Below are positions 10,431-19,109 of a stretch of DNA of 38,108 nt, one piece after another. Position 1 is the first letter of the stretch. Every line of letters starts with the position of its first letter. The DNA is taken from IMG/VR virus record IMGVR_UViG_3300033984_000165, positions 1-38,108 of that record; one strand, written 5' to 3'. This stretch comes from a virus. Lineage: Duplodnaviria > Caudoviricetes. The translations under genes and the position numbers were made by a program. The notes below the pieces were generated by a model. That model was not told the DNA's origin and ran no database searches. It saw only the letters and a list, made by a program, of their open reading frames with translations.

Positions 10431-10545
10431 AAGAAGGTTTTGCGAAGGAATGATAGTAGAAGGCAAGAAAGTCAAAGAAGTCTTTAAAGATGGTACTGGA
10501 TATATGTTGACTTTCACTGACGGTACATGGAAAATATATAAATGA
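10423..10545 (+). CDS. Small hypothetical protein, 40 aa (not in ORF track)
   Basis: MARRRFCEGMIVEGKKVKEVFKDGTGYMLTFTDGTWKIYK; overlaps the upstream stop and fills the gap. Confidence 0.55.
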   Translation: MARRRFCEGMIVEGKKVKEVFKDGTGYMLTFTDGTWKIYK

Positions 10546-10551
10546 TAAATT

Positions 10552-10767
10552 ATGGGAATTTTAGACAGAATCAAATCAAAAACACCTAAGAAAAACAAAT
10601 TAGGTGTAAAAGTATCAGCTGTATTAGGTGCTATAGCTTTAGGAGTAGCAGAAAGTGGTGTTGTAGATAACAGACCAGTTATTAAGATTGCACTAGAGGT
10701 ACTATCCGTTAAGTTAGGTGCTATTGCAGTTTATAACGCACAAAAAGTAGAAAATGCTAACGACTAA
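10552..10767 (+). CDS. Candidate small holin
   Basis: 71 aa, basic N-terminus, two hydrophobic stretches, overlaps the endolysin start. Confidence 0.55.
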   Translation: MGILDRIKSKTPKKNKLGVKVSAVLGAIALGVAESGVVDNRPVIKIALEVLSVKLGAIAVYNAQKVENAND

Positions 10768-11221
10768 ACAACTAATAAAAAAGTACGGAGTACCTTCTGA
10801 AACAGGTGCTTCATACTTAGTAACTATAAATCTACCTTATCCTATGCGACTTGCTTGGGATAAAAAAACTAAGGTGAATAGAATAAGTTGTCATAGATTG
10901 GTTGCAAACAACTTTTTAAACGTGTTTAATGAACTTTTATCTACTTATGGGTACGATAAGATAGTTGAATTAGGAATAGACCTTTACGGAGGGTGTTTTA
11001 ATTATCGTAAAATGCGTGGCGGAACAGATTGGAGTAAACACTCATGGGGTGTAGCTATTGATTTAGACCCAGAACGTAACTTATTAAAAGAAACTTCAAA
11101 GACAGCACGTTTTGCAAGACCAGAATATAAACAAATGATTGATATTTTTTACAAACATGGATTTATAGGGTTAGGTAGGGAAGAGAATCGTGATTTTATG
11201 CACTTCGAGATAAAAGAATAA
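10754..11221 (+). CDS. Endolysin, peptidase M15 family (L-Ala-D-Glu/D-Ala-D-Ala peptidase-like)
   Basis: Zn motifs SKHSWGVAIDLDP (SxHxxGxAxD) and DFMHFE. Confidence 0.9.
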   Translation: MLTTKQLIKKYGVPSETGASYLVTINLPYPMRLAWDKKTKVNRISCHRLVANNFLNVFNELLSTYGYDKIVELGIDLYGGCFNYRKMRGGTDWSKHSWGVAIDLDPERNLLKETSKTARFARPEYKQMIDIFYKHGFIGLGREENRDFMHFEIKE

Positions 11222-11222
11222 C

Positions 11223-11296
11223 TATATTTACATAGTTCTTTTCAATAACTCTTGCCATGAGTTTAGACCTTGTTATTAATTTAGCAAGGTTTTTTT
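11223..11296 (+). ncRNA. Candidate small RNA 1 (promoter-like TATATTTAC, hairpin, terminator)
   Basis: TATATTTACATAGTT; hairpin AACTC-TTGCCAT-GAGTT; terminator at 11267-11296. Confidence 0.4.
11267..11296 (+). terminator. Intrinsic terminator ending the late/lysis operon
   Basis: ACCTTGTTA-TTAATT-TAGCAAGGT followed by a T run. Confidence 0.85.
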
Positions 11297-11303
11297 GTGC
11301 AAA

Positions 11304-11336
11304 TTTGTGTAGAATTGAAATTAATGATTATATTTG
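11304..11336 (+). promoter_or_regulatory. Bacteroidota sigma-A promoter (-33 TTTG, -7 TATATTTG)
   Basis: TTTG at 11304-11307, 21-nt spacer, TATATTTG at 11329-11336. Confidence 0.8.
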
Positions 11337-11357
11337 CAGAAACTAAAACATTTGGCA

Positions 11358-11741
11358 ATGGAAAAAGAAAAATTAATGAGTTATGTATTAGGTTATAAGC
11401 CTGACTACATAGATGAAAGTGAAGTTGTATTTACTTTCTTAAATCAATCAGAATTACAAATTAATTGGAGAGGTATTTCACGTAAGTTTTGCGTATATGG
11501 TACTGAATGGTGTCCTATTGAGCAAGAAGACGATGAATGGTTTGATAATGGTTATTGCTTTGAAACGGAAGATTTAATGCAATTTACCAACTTTGAAGAA
11601 GAAAACACTTGTATTCATTGTGAAGGTAAAGGAAGTTACGAAGATGATACAACTAATTTATGTACAAAACCTGCGAGTCAATGTTGCGGAAGTTGCTCGT
11701 CAATGATAGAATGTGAATGTGAATTATTTTATCCTTTATAA
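11358..11741 (+). CDS. Acidic hypothetical protein with Cys-rich C-terminus
   Basis: CIHCEGKG...CCGSC...CECE; ATG 11358 preferred because the TTG at 11334 lies inside the promoter. Confidence 0.7.
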   Translation: MEKEKLMSYVLGYKPDYIDESEVVFTFLNQSELQINWRGISRKFCVYGTEWCPIEQEDDEWFDNGYCFETEDLMQFTNFEEENTCIHCEGKGSYEDDTTNLCTKPASQCCGSCSSMIECECELFYPL

Positions 11742-11742
11742 C

Positions 11743-11958
11743 ATGAAAAGACCTAATCTAATAGACCGAATAATGTTTTTCGATAGATTCGATACAGATA
11801 AGTACACAGAGTTCTTAGAAGCAAGAAAAGTTAAAGAACCTATTGAATCAGAAAAAGTAGAATTTGAAAGTAATTATGGTTGCTTACAAATGATTCAAAC
11901 ATTCTTATACATTATATTGCTTTTACTTGTTATTGTTACACTTTATAAATTTATTTAA
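11743..11958 (+). CDS. Small membrane protein
   Basis: C-terminal TM segment FLYIILLLLVIVTLY. Confidence 0.65.
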   Translation: MKRPNLIDRIMFFDRFDTDKYTEFLEARKVKEPIESEKVEFESNYGCLQMIQTFLYIILLLLVIVTLYKFI

Positions 11959-11959
11959 G

Positions 11960-12841
11960 ATGGAGAATAAAATAATATGTTGGTGGAGTGGAGGTATCAC
12001 TTCGGCAGTTGCTTGTAAGTTGTCAATAGATATGTTTGGAGTAGAAAATTGTAGAGTAATTATGATTGATACTAAAAACGAGCATCCAGATACTTATAGA
12101 TTTCTTAAAGATTGTGAGCAGTGGTATGGTTTGGAAATTGAAATAATAACTGGAATTGGTGAAAAATATGGAAATATCTTTGATGTTTGGAGAAAACATA
12201 AATCTTTAAATACGGCTACTGGGGCAATTTGTTCTACTAATTTAAAACGATTAGTTCGTGAAAAATGGGAAAAAACAAATGTATTTAAACACCAAGTTTT
12301 TGGTTTTGAGTTTGATAAGAAAGAAATAAATCGTGCCTTATCAATGACAATGAATCATGGCAAAAGAGTTAAAGCAATTTATCCACTATTATTATTTGCA
12401 TATGATAAAAAGGATTGTTTAAAAATAGTAGAAGAAGCAGGATTAGAAGTTCCAAAAATGTATCAATTAGGATTTCAAAATAATAATTGTTTTTCTACTG
12501 GTTGTGTTCAAGGTGGTATTGGTTATTGGCAGAAAATGAAATATGAATTTCCAGATAAATTTGATGTAATGGCAGATTTGGAACACGAACTTACAGAACT
12601 TAAAGGAGAACCAGTTACAATGCTTAAAGACCAAAGTAATGTAGCTAAAGAACGTGTAGAATTAAATCCTAAGTCTAATTTAGTGTTTCTTAGAAAGCAT
12701 CCTTTATATCCTAACAATAAATGTTTAGATGATATGCCTTCACGTAAAGTTGAACCTTTATTTGAATGTAATGGTATGTGCGGGATAAACGACCTATCTG
12801 AAAGAATACAAACTGAATTAGAATTAAACTTTGGAATATGA
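11960..12841 (+). CDS. PAPS reductase-like / adenine nucleotide alpha hydrolase family protein
   Basis: PP-loop-like WSGGITSA, EHPDTYRFL, CSTNLKR, MYQLGFQNNNC..GCVQGG and C-terminal ECNGMC. Confidence 0.8.
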   Translation: MENKIICWWSGGITSAVACKLSIDMFGVENCRVIMIDTKNEHPDTYRFLKDCEQWYGLEIEIITGIGEKYGNIFDVWRKHKSLNTATGAICSTNLKRLVREKWEKTNVFKHQVFGFEFDKKEINRALSMTMNHGKRVKAIYPLLLFAYDKKDCLKIVEEAGLEVPKMYQLGFQNNNCFSTGCVQGGIGYWQKMKYEFPDKFDVMADLEHELTELKGEPVTMLKDQSNVAKERVELNPKSNLVFLRKHPLYPNNKCLDDMPSRKVEPLFECNGMCGINDLSERIQTELELNFGI

Positions 12842-13212
12842 TTTTAGGACACGAAAGTTTAACGGAAGAACTGAACGAAGAAGAAAGAATGTTAGCTAAT
12901 CGATTAATTTCTGCATTCTCAAAAAGAAGTAAAATTAATCCAGTAACAGCAAGTGAAATTGTATCTGGTGTAAATAAAAATATGAAGCTAACACAAAAGT
13001 TTTCAGATAGGAGATTAAGAAAAATAATTAATCATTACAGAGTACATGGAATACTACCTATAATAAGCACTTCTAAAGGCTATTACGTTTCTTATGACGA
13101 GAATGAAATAGAAGGAATGATAATATCACTTACACAACGCGCTAACTCAATCTTAGAAGGCTGTTTTGGAATGCAAAGAATTTTAAAAGAAGAAAAATTA
13201 AAAAAGATATAG
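12838..13212 (+). CDS. Winged helix-turn-helix DNA-binding protein
   Basis: VTASEI...DRRLRKIINHYRVHGILPIISTSKGYY. Confidence 0.7.
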   Translation: MILGHESLTEELNEEERMLANRLISAFSKRSKINPVTASEIVSGVNKNMKLTQKFSDRRLRKIINHYRVHGILPIISTSKGYYVSYDENEIEGMIISLTQRANSILEGCFGMQRILKEEKLKKI

Positions 13213-13228
13213 TAATTAAATAATTTAC

Positions 13229-13330
13229 TATATTTGTGTCGTGTTAGGTCGGAAACCATAGTAACACTTAAAAGTATTGCCTTATCAATTTGTAGACTTC
13301 CGACCTCTACATTTTGGTAAGGCTTTTTTT
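13229..13330 (+). promoter_or_regulatory. Promoter plus kissing-loop attenuator-like leader of the replication operon
   Basis: TATATTTG at 13229-13236; hairpin 13241-13267; terminator 13279-13330; loop sequences AGGTCGGAA and TTCCGACCT are complementary. Confidence 0.75.
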
Positions 13331-13351
13331 GTTTATTAAAAATTATATATT

Positions 13352-13600
13352 ATGTATTACGAAGTTTTTCCTTTTGGTAAATACAAGGGAGTAAAATTAA
13401 ATGAATTGCCATCTACTTATATTGTTTTATCGTTAGAGCAATTTGATTTACCTACTGAATTAGTGAATGAATTGTATAAAATTTTACTCGGAAGATTAAA
13501 AGTGTTTTCTATTATGGAAGGCAAAGTTAAAACATTAAGTAAAAAGGAATACTTGGTATGGTCGAAAGAGAGTAAGGATAAATATGAAATGCCTTTTTAA
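13352..13600 (+). CDS. DUF3820-like small protein
   Basis: N-terminal FPFGKYKG...ELPSTYI motif. Confidence 0.65.
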   Translation: MYYEVFPFGKYKGVKLNELPSTYIVLSLEQFDLPTELVNELYKILLGRLKVFSIMEGKVKTLSKKEYLVWSKESKDKYEMPF

Positions 13601-13601
13601 T

Positions 13602-14321
13602 ATGAATAGTTACGAATTATCTAGAAATTGGTTTGATTGGTGTTTTGAAAATCCAGAAAAGATTTCGCCAAATCATTCAGCTATGTATTTTTTTATAATT
13701 GAGCATTGTAATCGTTTAGGTTGGAAAGAAAAATTTGGACTTCCAATGGAAATGACTAAAGAAGCAATAGGTATAAAAAACTACCGAACATTCTCAACTA
13801 CATTTAATGATTTGATTGAATGGGGATTCATTAAATTGATTCAAAAATCAAAAAATCAACATTCAAGCAACGTAATTGCTATTGTAAAAAATACAAAAGC
13901 AAAGTCAAAAGCGCTAGACGTAGCAATACAAAAGCAAAGTCAAAAGCAAGTCCACGACACTGTATGTATAGATAAACCTAATAACCTAATAACAATAGAA
14001 CCTAATAACATATTATTGTTCGATGAATTTTGGAGATTATATGGTAAAAGTTCAGATAAAAAAAATTGCTTAATCAAATTTGAAAAATTAACTAATGAAG
14101 AATTAGAGAAAATTAAAATTAATTTACCTAACTACATTTTATCAACTCCAGATGTTAAGTATCGTAAAAATCCATTGACTTGGTTAAATGGTAAATGTTG
14201 GGATGATGAAGTACAAATTCAGAGTAATAATCAATCTAATGTCTTAGGTATTACAAAAGATGGTGAAGTTATAACTGATATGTATGTTTATACTGCTTAC
14301 AAACAAATGGGGAAAATATGA
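13602..14321 (+). CDS. Replication initiator / replisome organiser
   Basis: N-terminal wHTH-like region, low-complexity linker with DNA iterons, C-terminal FDEFWRLYGK...YRKNPLTWLN; lies upstream of the helicase. Confidence 0.8.
   Translation: MNSYELSRNWFDWCFENPEKISPNHSAMYFFIIEHCNRLGWKEKFGLPMEMTKEAIGIKNYRTFSTTFNDLIEWGFIKLIQKSKNQHSSNVIAIVKNTKAKSKALDVAIQKQSQKQVHDTVCIDKPNNLITIEPNNILLFDEFWRLYGKSSDKKNCLIKFEKLTNEELEKIKINLPNYILSTPDVKYRKNPLTWLNGKCWDDEVQIQSNNQSNVLGITKDGEVITDMYVYTAYKQMGKI
13890..14009 (+). repeat. Iteron-like repeats inside the initiator gene (putative origin)
   Basis: 23-bp AATACAAAAGCAAAGTCAAAAGC at 13890 and 13925 (35 nt apart, so out of frame), then three AACCTAATA units at 13975-14009. 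Confidence 0.7.
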
Positions 14322-15310
14322 TTTTAAAAGATGGACATAGCACAAGTTACCTATTCGATTATAGGGATGGTAAAATACAACAAGGGCTTGGATTAGGTAT
14401 TTACTTAGATGATTATTTAAGATTTAAAAGAGGTCAATTAAATTTTATACTTGGACATGATAACGTAGGTAAATCTTACTGGATGTTATGGTATTTCCTT
14501 GCACTAGCAACTAATCATAATCTTACATTCACTTTGTTTATGGATGAAAATTCAGCACAAAAAGCAATGAGAGATTTAATTAGAATGTATTTTGGTAGAA
14601 AAATAACTGAACTTACAGATAGTGAATTGCAAGTAGGAATAATGAAAATAGAACATCACTTTAAATTTGTAGATAACTTGAAACGATACACTCCAGAGGA
14701 ATTGTTGGAGGTATTTAAAACAAGTAAAACGGACGCTTACTTAATTGACCCCTTCAACGGATTAAAGACAGCTTTATCTTATTCTAGCAACTACGATGTA
14801 TTGAATGATTTAAAAATGTTTTGTAAGACTACAAATTCAACTATCTACATAAACGCTCACCCAAGTACAGCAAGTGGTCGTAGACAAGCTGTATATCCAC
14901 AAGGACACGCTTGGCAAGGACATATCACTCCACCATTTAAAGATGATATTGAAGGCGGTAAAGCATTTTCAAATAAAGCAGATGATTTTATCGTAATCCA
15001 TAGATTGATTGGTAGTGAAACAATGAAGTTTGAAACACTTGTAGAAATTAAAAAAGTAAAAGATACCGATGATGGTGGTGGTCAAACATTACTTGAACAG
15101 CCTATTATGTTTAATTACAATTCTGCAAACGGATTTAAATGCGGTGGTATAGATTGTATTAAACACCCTAAAACAAGTTATCAAGCACCAGTAGAACTTC
15201 CAATACCAAAACATCCTCCAGTAGCAAGTTTTTACGAAGCAGGAGTTAGAGAGAATGAACCAGAAAGAATTATTAACGACCCTGACAAAGGGATTCAATT
15301 TCCATTTTAA
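14318..15310 (+). CDS. SF4 (DnaB/T7 gp4-like) replicative helicase
   Basis: Walker A GHDNVGKS, Walker B YLIDPFN, then INAHP and DIEGGKAFSNKADDFIVIHR. Confidence 0.85.
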   Translation: MILKDGHSTSYLFDYRDGKIQQGLGLGIYLDDYLRFKRGQLNFILGHDNVGKSYWMLWYFLALATNHNLTFTLFMDENSAQKAMRDLIRMYFGRKITELTDSELQVGIMKIEHHFKFVDNLKRYTPEELLEVFKTSKTDAYLIDPFNGLKTALSYSSNYDVLNDLKMFCKTTNSTIYINAHPSTASGRRQAVYPQGHAWQGHITPPFKDDIEGGKAFSNKADDFIVIHRLIGSETMKFETLVEIKKVKDTDDGGGQTLLEQPIMFNYNSANGFKCGGIDCIKHPKTSYQAPVELPIPKHPPVASFYEAGVRENEPERIINDPDKGIQFPF

Positions 15311-15312
15311 TT

Positions 15313-15606
15313 ATGAATGAACTAGATTTAATACTCGCTAGAGTAAATATTAACACTACAATTGCAAAACTTAAACTAAGTACAGATGAAATAAAGCAAA
15401 AGAACCCTCAAAGAACCGATTTAACGAACTCAATGGAAGATTCCATAGGACAACTCGTTTTTTCAGTTTCGATGTATGACGTGCTAGAAAAAGAGTATAG
15501 AACGGCACGATTACTTTCTCACAACTATTGCAGTCACATTATGCAGTTAGAAGAAAGAATTAGATTATTAGAAAAACAAAATAAATTATTATTAGAAGGA
15601 TTATGA
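15313..15606 (+). CDS. Coiled-coil hypothetical protein
   Basis: 97 aa, translationally coupled in the operon. Confidence 0.7.
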   Translation: MNELDLILARVNINTTIAKLKLSTDEIKQKNPQRTDLTNSMEDSIGQLVFSVSMYDVLEKEYRTARLLSHNYCSHIMQLEERIRLLEKQNKLLLEGL

Positions 15607-16037
15607 GTTGGAATATACATATTAATAAAACATGGGTAGAATTTACAGATGAAATGATACCAGAAAAAGCAGTTGGATTTGTCTACTTAATGACAGCAAT
15701 AGTAGATGGTAAATTCGTTAAATACATTGGTAAAAAGAACTTTTATGCTGATGTAAAGACTAAACTTGGTAAAAAAGAAATGCCTACTGACAAGCGTTTA
15801 AAACAATACAAACGTGTAAGAAAGTTCACTTACAAAAATTACTATAGTTCCAATGAAGTATTAAAAGAACATTATAAGAATGGTGGTGAAATACATCGTA
15901 CTATACTGGAGATATGTTACTCTAAAATTTCATTAACTTATTGCGAATGCAAACATTTATTTATTAATGAGGTACTAGAAGATGAAAGTTATTTGAATAA
16001 TAATATACTTGGAAAGTTCTATAAAACAACAAGTTAA
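15603..16037 (+). CDS. GIY-YIG-like nuclease domain protein
   Basis: GFVY...KYIGKK, YYSS, RTILE...E and YLNNNI. Confidence 0.7.
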   Translation: MSWNIHINKTWVEFTDEMIPEKAVGFVYLMTAIVDGKFVKYIGKKNFYADVKTKLGKKEMPTDKRLKQYKRVRKFTYKNYYSSNEVLKEHYKNGGEIHRTILEICYSKISLTYCECKHLFINEVLEDESYLNNNILGKFYKTTS

Positions 16038-16079
16038 GTATTAAAGATAAAATAATTGCATATTTTTACACAAAAAAGA

Positions 16080-16109
16080 TTGTTTATCCACGAAAGTTGC
16101 GTATATTTG
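16080..16109 (+). promoter_or_regulatory. Bacteroidota sigma-A promoter
   Basis: TTG at 16080-16082, 19-nt spacer, TATATTTG at 16102-16109. Confidence 0.75.
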
Positions 16110-16131
16110 TAAAAACAAAAGGCAAATAGTT

Positions 16132-16401
16132 ATGAATGTAATGTTTAAAAAAGCGATTGAGTTCGCAGAAAGTCTTGAAGGTAAAGCTACCCAAGACAAA
16201 GTTGATGAGTTACACAACTTAATCAGATGTGTTATTTCCGAAGTAGAAAACACAGCCAAAGTAAATTATCCAGATTATCCGCATTTAGCAATGAAGTCTG
16301 AATTTGAATTAATGGTTGTTCAGTTATTATTTAAAATGTTATTCGCTAAGGAAAGACAAAATAGAACAGTAGAGTTAGTAATCAATAATTTAAAATCGTA
16401 A
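16132..16401 (+). CDS. Hypothetical protein
   Basis: 89 aa, first gene after the promoter. Confidence 0.7.
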   Translation: MNVMFKKAIEFAESLEGKATQDKVDELHNLIRCVISEVENTAKVNYPDYPHLAMKSEFELMVVQLLFKMLFAKERQNRTVELVINNLKS

Positions 16402-16598
16402 TGGAAAAAAGATGTACAATCTTGCTTACTCCAGAGGTAACAGAAGCGATGGATATTGCATTTGCAATTGGGTTTCAGAAGCAAGAAAAACAAAAAGTAA
16501 AAACAAAAGCACAACAAATTGCATATGCACTAGAGTTGTTGGTAAAGTTACACAAGCAAAACAAAATAGATAACGTATTATTAATCGGTTTAAAATAA
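16401..16598 (+). CDS. Small hypothetical protein (possible ribbon-helix-helix-like)
   Basis: 65 aa; short strand KRCTILLT followed by two helices. The fold is a guess. Confidence 0.55.
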   Translation: MEKRCTILLTPEVTEAMDIAFAIGFQKQEKQKVKTKAQQIAYALELLVKLHKQNKIDNVLLIGLK

Positions 16599-16604
16599 AG
16601 AAAG

Positions 16605-17180
16605 ATGGAAGGTTTAGAATTAGAAATGAACGGAGTATCTCACTTGTTAAGTAAGGTTCAAAATGAAGTTAAGGTATTAAAAAACAACTTTAATGCTTTT
16701 GGTAAATACAAGTTCCGTTCCGTAGAGGACATTCAAGTAGCAGTTAAACCTATTTTACTTGGTTATGAAGCAGTAATCGTACTTGCAGATAAAGTAAGTG
16801 AGATATGTGGTATTCCAGTAGTAGAAAGTACAGCAACATTTATTTGTCCGTTTGGTGAAATTTCTGTTACAGCTTCTGCAGGTGTTGATATTCATAAAAA
16901 AGGTATGGATATTCCACAGACTTTCGGAACGGCATCAAGTTACGCTCGGAAGTATGCTTTAGGTGGTTTATTATTGCTAGATGATGTTGCTGATTCAGAT
17001 GCTACAAATAGTCATAAAGACGAACCTAAAAAAGTATTACCAACTTGTTCAGATTTATTATTTGAAAAAGCAATAGCACGTTTTGAAGGTGGTGAAGCAG
17101 ATATATTTGATAAGTTATCTAAAACTTATACTTTGACTGGTAAACAAGCGTTAGAAATTAAAGCTATTACAAATGGATGA
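16605..17180 (+). CDS. erf: ERF-family single-strand annealing protein
   Basis: NAFGKYKFRSVEDI and QTFGTASSYARKYALGGLLLLDDVADSD. Confidence 0.92.
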   Translation: MEGLELEMNGVSHLLSKVQNEVKVLKNNFNAFGKYKFRSVEDIQVAVKPILLGYEAVIVLADKVSEICGIPVVESTATFICPFGEISVTASAGVDIHKKGMDIPQTFGTASSYARKYALGGLLLLDDVADSDATNSHKDEPKKVLPTCSDLLFEKAIARFEGGEADIFDKLSKTYTLTGKQALEIKAITNG

Positions 17181-17279
17181 GTTATATATGGAAATGCTTA
17201 TGCAAGACCAAGAATACATGATGCAATTAGAATGGGAACAGTCAAATGTTCCCAATGCTTAACTTAAAAAGAAAGAAAG

Positions 17280-17516
17280 ATGAAAGAAGTATATTGGACA
17301 ATGGCAAACGGACAAAAGATTAACGTAAATGATATGGATGAAAAACATCTTAGAAATACATTGAAATTAATACTTAGAGCAATTCAATCTCAAAAAAAAC
17401 CAAAACAAAAATTAGACCATCACTCTGGTTTGTCTGGAGATATAGCACAAAGTCACTACGACATGATGATGGATAATGAGTATGCTAATGATATGGGTTA
17501 TTTTCAAGGATTATAA
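17280..17516 (+). CDS. Hypothetical protein
   Basis: 78 aa with YWTMANGQKINVNDMDEKHLRNTL. Confidence 0.7.
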   Translation: MKEVYWTMANGQKINVNDMDEKHLRNTLKLILRAIQSQKKPKQKLDHHSGLSGDIAQSHYDMMMDNEYANDMGYFQGL

Positions 17517-17540
17517 ATAAATAAATAAATAAAAGATAAG

Positions 17541-18146
17541 ATGAAAGAATTAAATTTAGAACAAGGAACAAGAGAGTGGTTAGAAGCAAGAAAAGGTAAA
17601 ATCACTGGTACAAGGCTAAAAGATGTTTTAAAGACTGATAACCTACCTGCAATTTACGAAATGATAGCTGAATTAGGTTCAGATGAAATAGAAGAAACAT
17701 TTGTAAATAAAGCAATGCAAAGGGGAAAAGACTGCGAACCAATTGCAATATCACTATACCAACATATGACTGGAGTAGTAATCGATAGTGTTGGGTTTTG
17801 TATTAGTGAAGACAATGAAATGTTGGCTTTATCTCCAGATGGATTCACAGCAGACAGAACTGGTGCAGTAGAAGTTAAAAGCCCAAATACAGCTACTCAC
17901 GTTAAATATATCATTGGAGATAGAGTTCCGAGTGAGTACCTTCCACAAGTGATGAATTACTTTCTTGTAAATACAAAATTAGAGTGGTTAGACTTCATTT
18001 CTTTTGACGATAGATATAAGCCAAAACCGATATGGATTAAACGCGTTACAAGGGAAGAATTGCAAGACCAACTTGTAGAAGTAAATGAGAAGTTGGATAA
18101 GTTTATTACGAAATTTTCTAAATACTATGAGAAAATCATTTTTTAG
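17541..18146 (+). CDS. YqaJ/lambda-exonuclease family recombination nuclease
   Basis: QGTREWLEARKGKITGT, AMQRG, SPDG, EVKSP and YLPQV. Confidence 0.92.
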   Translation: MKELNLEQGTREWLEARKGKITGTRLKDVLKTDNLPAIYEMIAELGSDEIEETFVNKAMQRGKDCEPIAISLYQHMTGVVIDSVGFCISEDNEMLALSPDGFTADRTGAVEVKSPNTATHVKYIIGDRVPSEYLPQVMNYFLVNTKLEWLDFISFDDRYKPKPIWIKRVTREELQDQLVEVNEKLDKFITKFSKYYEKIIF

Positions 18147-18477
18147 TTTGATTTTGGTATGGGTTCTTTGCAGTTCTCATACCAATTTTAAAACAATGCT
18201 TAAACAACATAAGGTAAAATACCATGAAATTGTGTATAACCAAGCAAGATTAGAAACTGGTAATTTTACTTCCAGAGGATTTAAACAATTAAATAATCCA
18301 TTAGGTTTCACTTTAAACGGAAAGCTAATGAAGTTTAAGACGCTAAAACATAGTGTAACATACCTAAAGGACTTACAGACTCGCAGAATGAAAAAACATG
18401 AACATTGGTACGACTTCCTTGTAAGAGTTAAATGGGCTACGGACAAAACATATATTGATAAATTAAAACAATTTTAA
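18127..18477 (+). CDS. Signal-peptide-bearing GH73-like glucosaminidase (peptidoglycan hydrolase)
   Basis: N-terminal MRKSFFSLILVWVLCSS; QARLETG, NNPLG and WATDKTY (compare the GH73 YATD motif). Confidence 0.7.
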   Translation: MRKSFFSLILVWVLCSSHTNFKTMLKQHKVKYHEIVYNQARLETGNFTSRGFKQLNNPLGFTLNGKLMKFKTLKHSVTYLKDLQTRRMKKHEHWYDFLVRVKWATDKTYIDKLKQF

Positions 18478-18478
18478 A

Positions 18479-18796
18479 ATGGAAAACAAAATAAAACACG
18501 TGTCTATGTATGAAATTAATAAAACGGTAAACGAATTAAGAAATCTTTTAAAAGAAAAATATTTAGACGAAAGTCAAGAAAAAGAGAATTACCTTGATTT
18601 ACCTATGAGAGTTTGTATGTTGTATGGAGTAATGCACCTTCATGGTATAGGTGAAGAAGATGAAGTTCTGTACACTTTACACGTTGCTAAAGATGTAAAT
18701 ACTGGTAACTTATCAATTCAGTACAAAGGAGAGGATGGTTCTTTCCTATCTCAAAAGAAAGTAATTAAAGCAATTAAAAAAGAAAATAATCTATAA
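18479..18796 (+). CDS. Hypothetical protein
   Basis: 105 aa, tightly packed. Confidence 0.7.
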   Translation: MENKIKHVSMYEINKTVNELRNLLKEKYLDESQEKENYLDLPMRVCMLYGVMHLHGIGEEDEVLYTLHVAKDVNTGNLSIQYKGEDGSFLSQKKVIKAIKKENNL

Positions 18797-18797
18797 A

Positions 18798-19109
18798 ATG
18801 ATACCATCACTAGCAAAGAAATTAAGTACGGAAATGTTGACTAATAGGCTACAAAGACAGCCGTTTAATCAAACTATTATTAACGAACTAAGCAAACGTG
18901 CTAATAGAGTTTCTAAATGTGAAATAGAAGGTCGTAAACGAATAGAAAAAGAACTAGAGAAGTTCAGCACTAAATTACATTTAGGATATAAGAATGAAGC
19001 GTACGCAACAGAATATGAAATGTTATCAGAGCATAACTATACTTTTGAAGAATTAAGTATAAGCGAACGCCATATTTATAATAATGCTGTAAAATTTTGT
19101 AGGATATGA
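18798..19109 (+). CDS. Hypothetical protein
   Basis: 103 aa, tightly packed. Confidence 0.7.
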   Translation: MIPSLAKKLSTEMLTNRLQRQPFNQTIINELSKRANRVSKCEIEGRKRIEKELEKFSTKLHLGYKNEAYATEYEMLSEHNYTFEELSISERHIYNNAVKFCRI

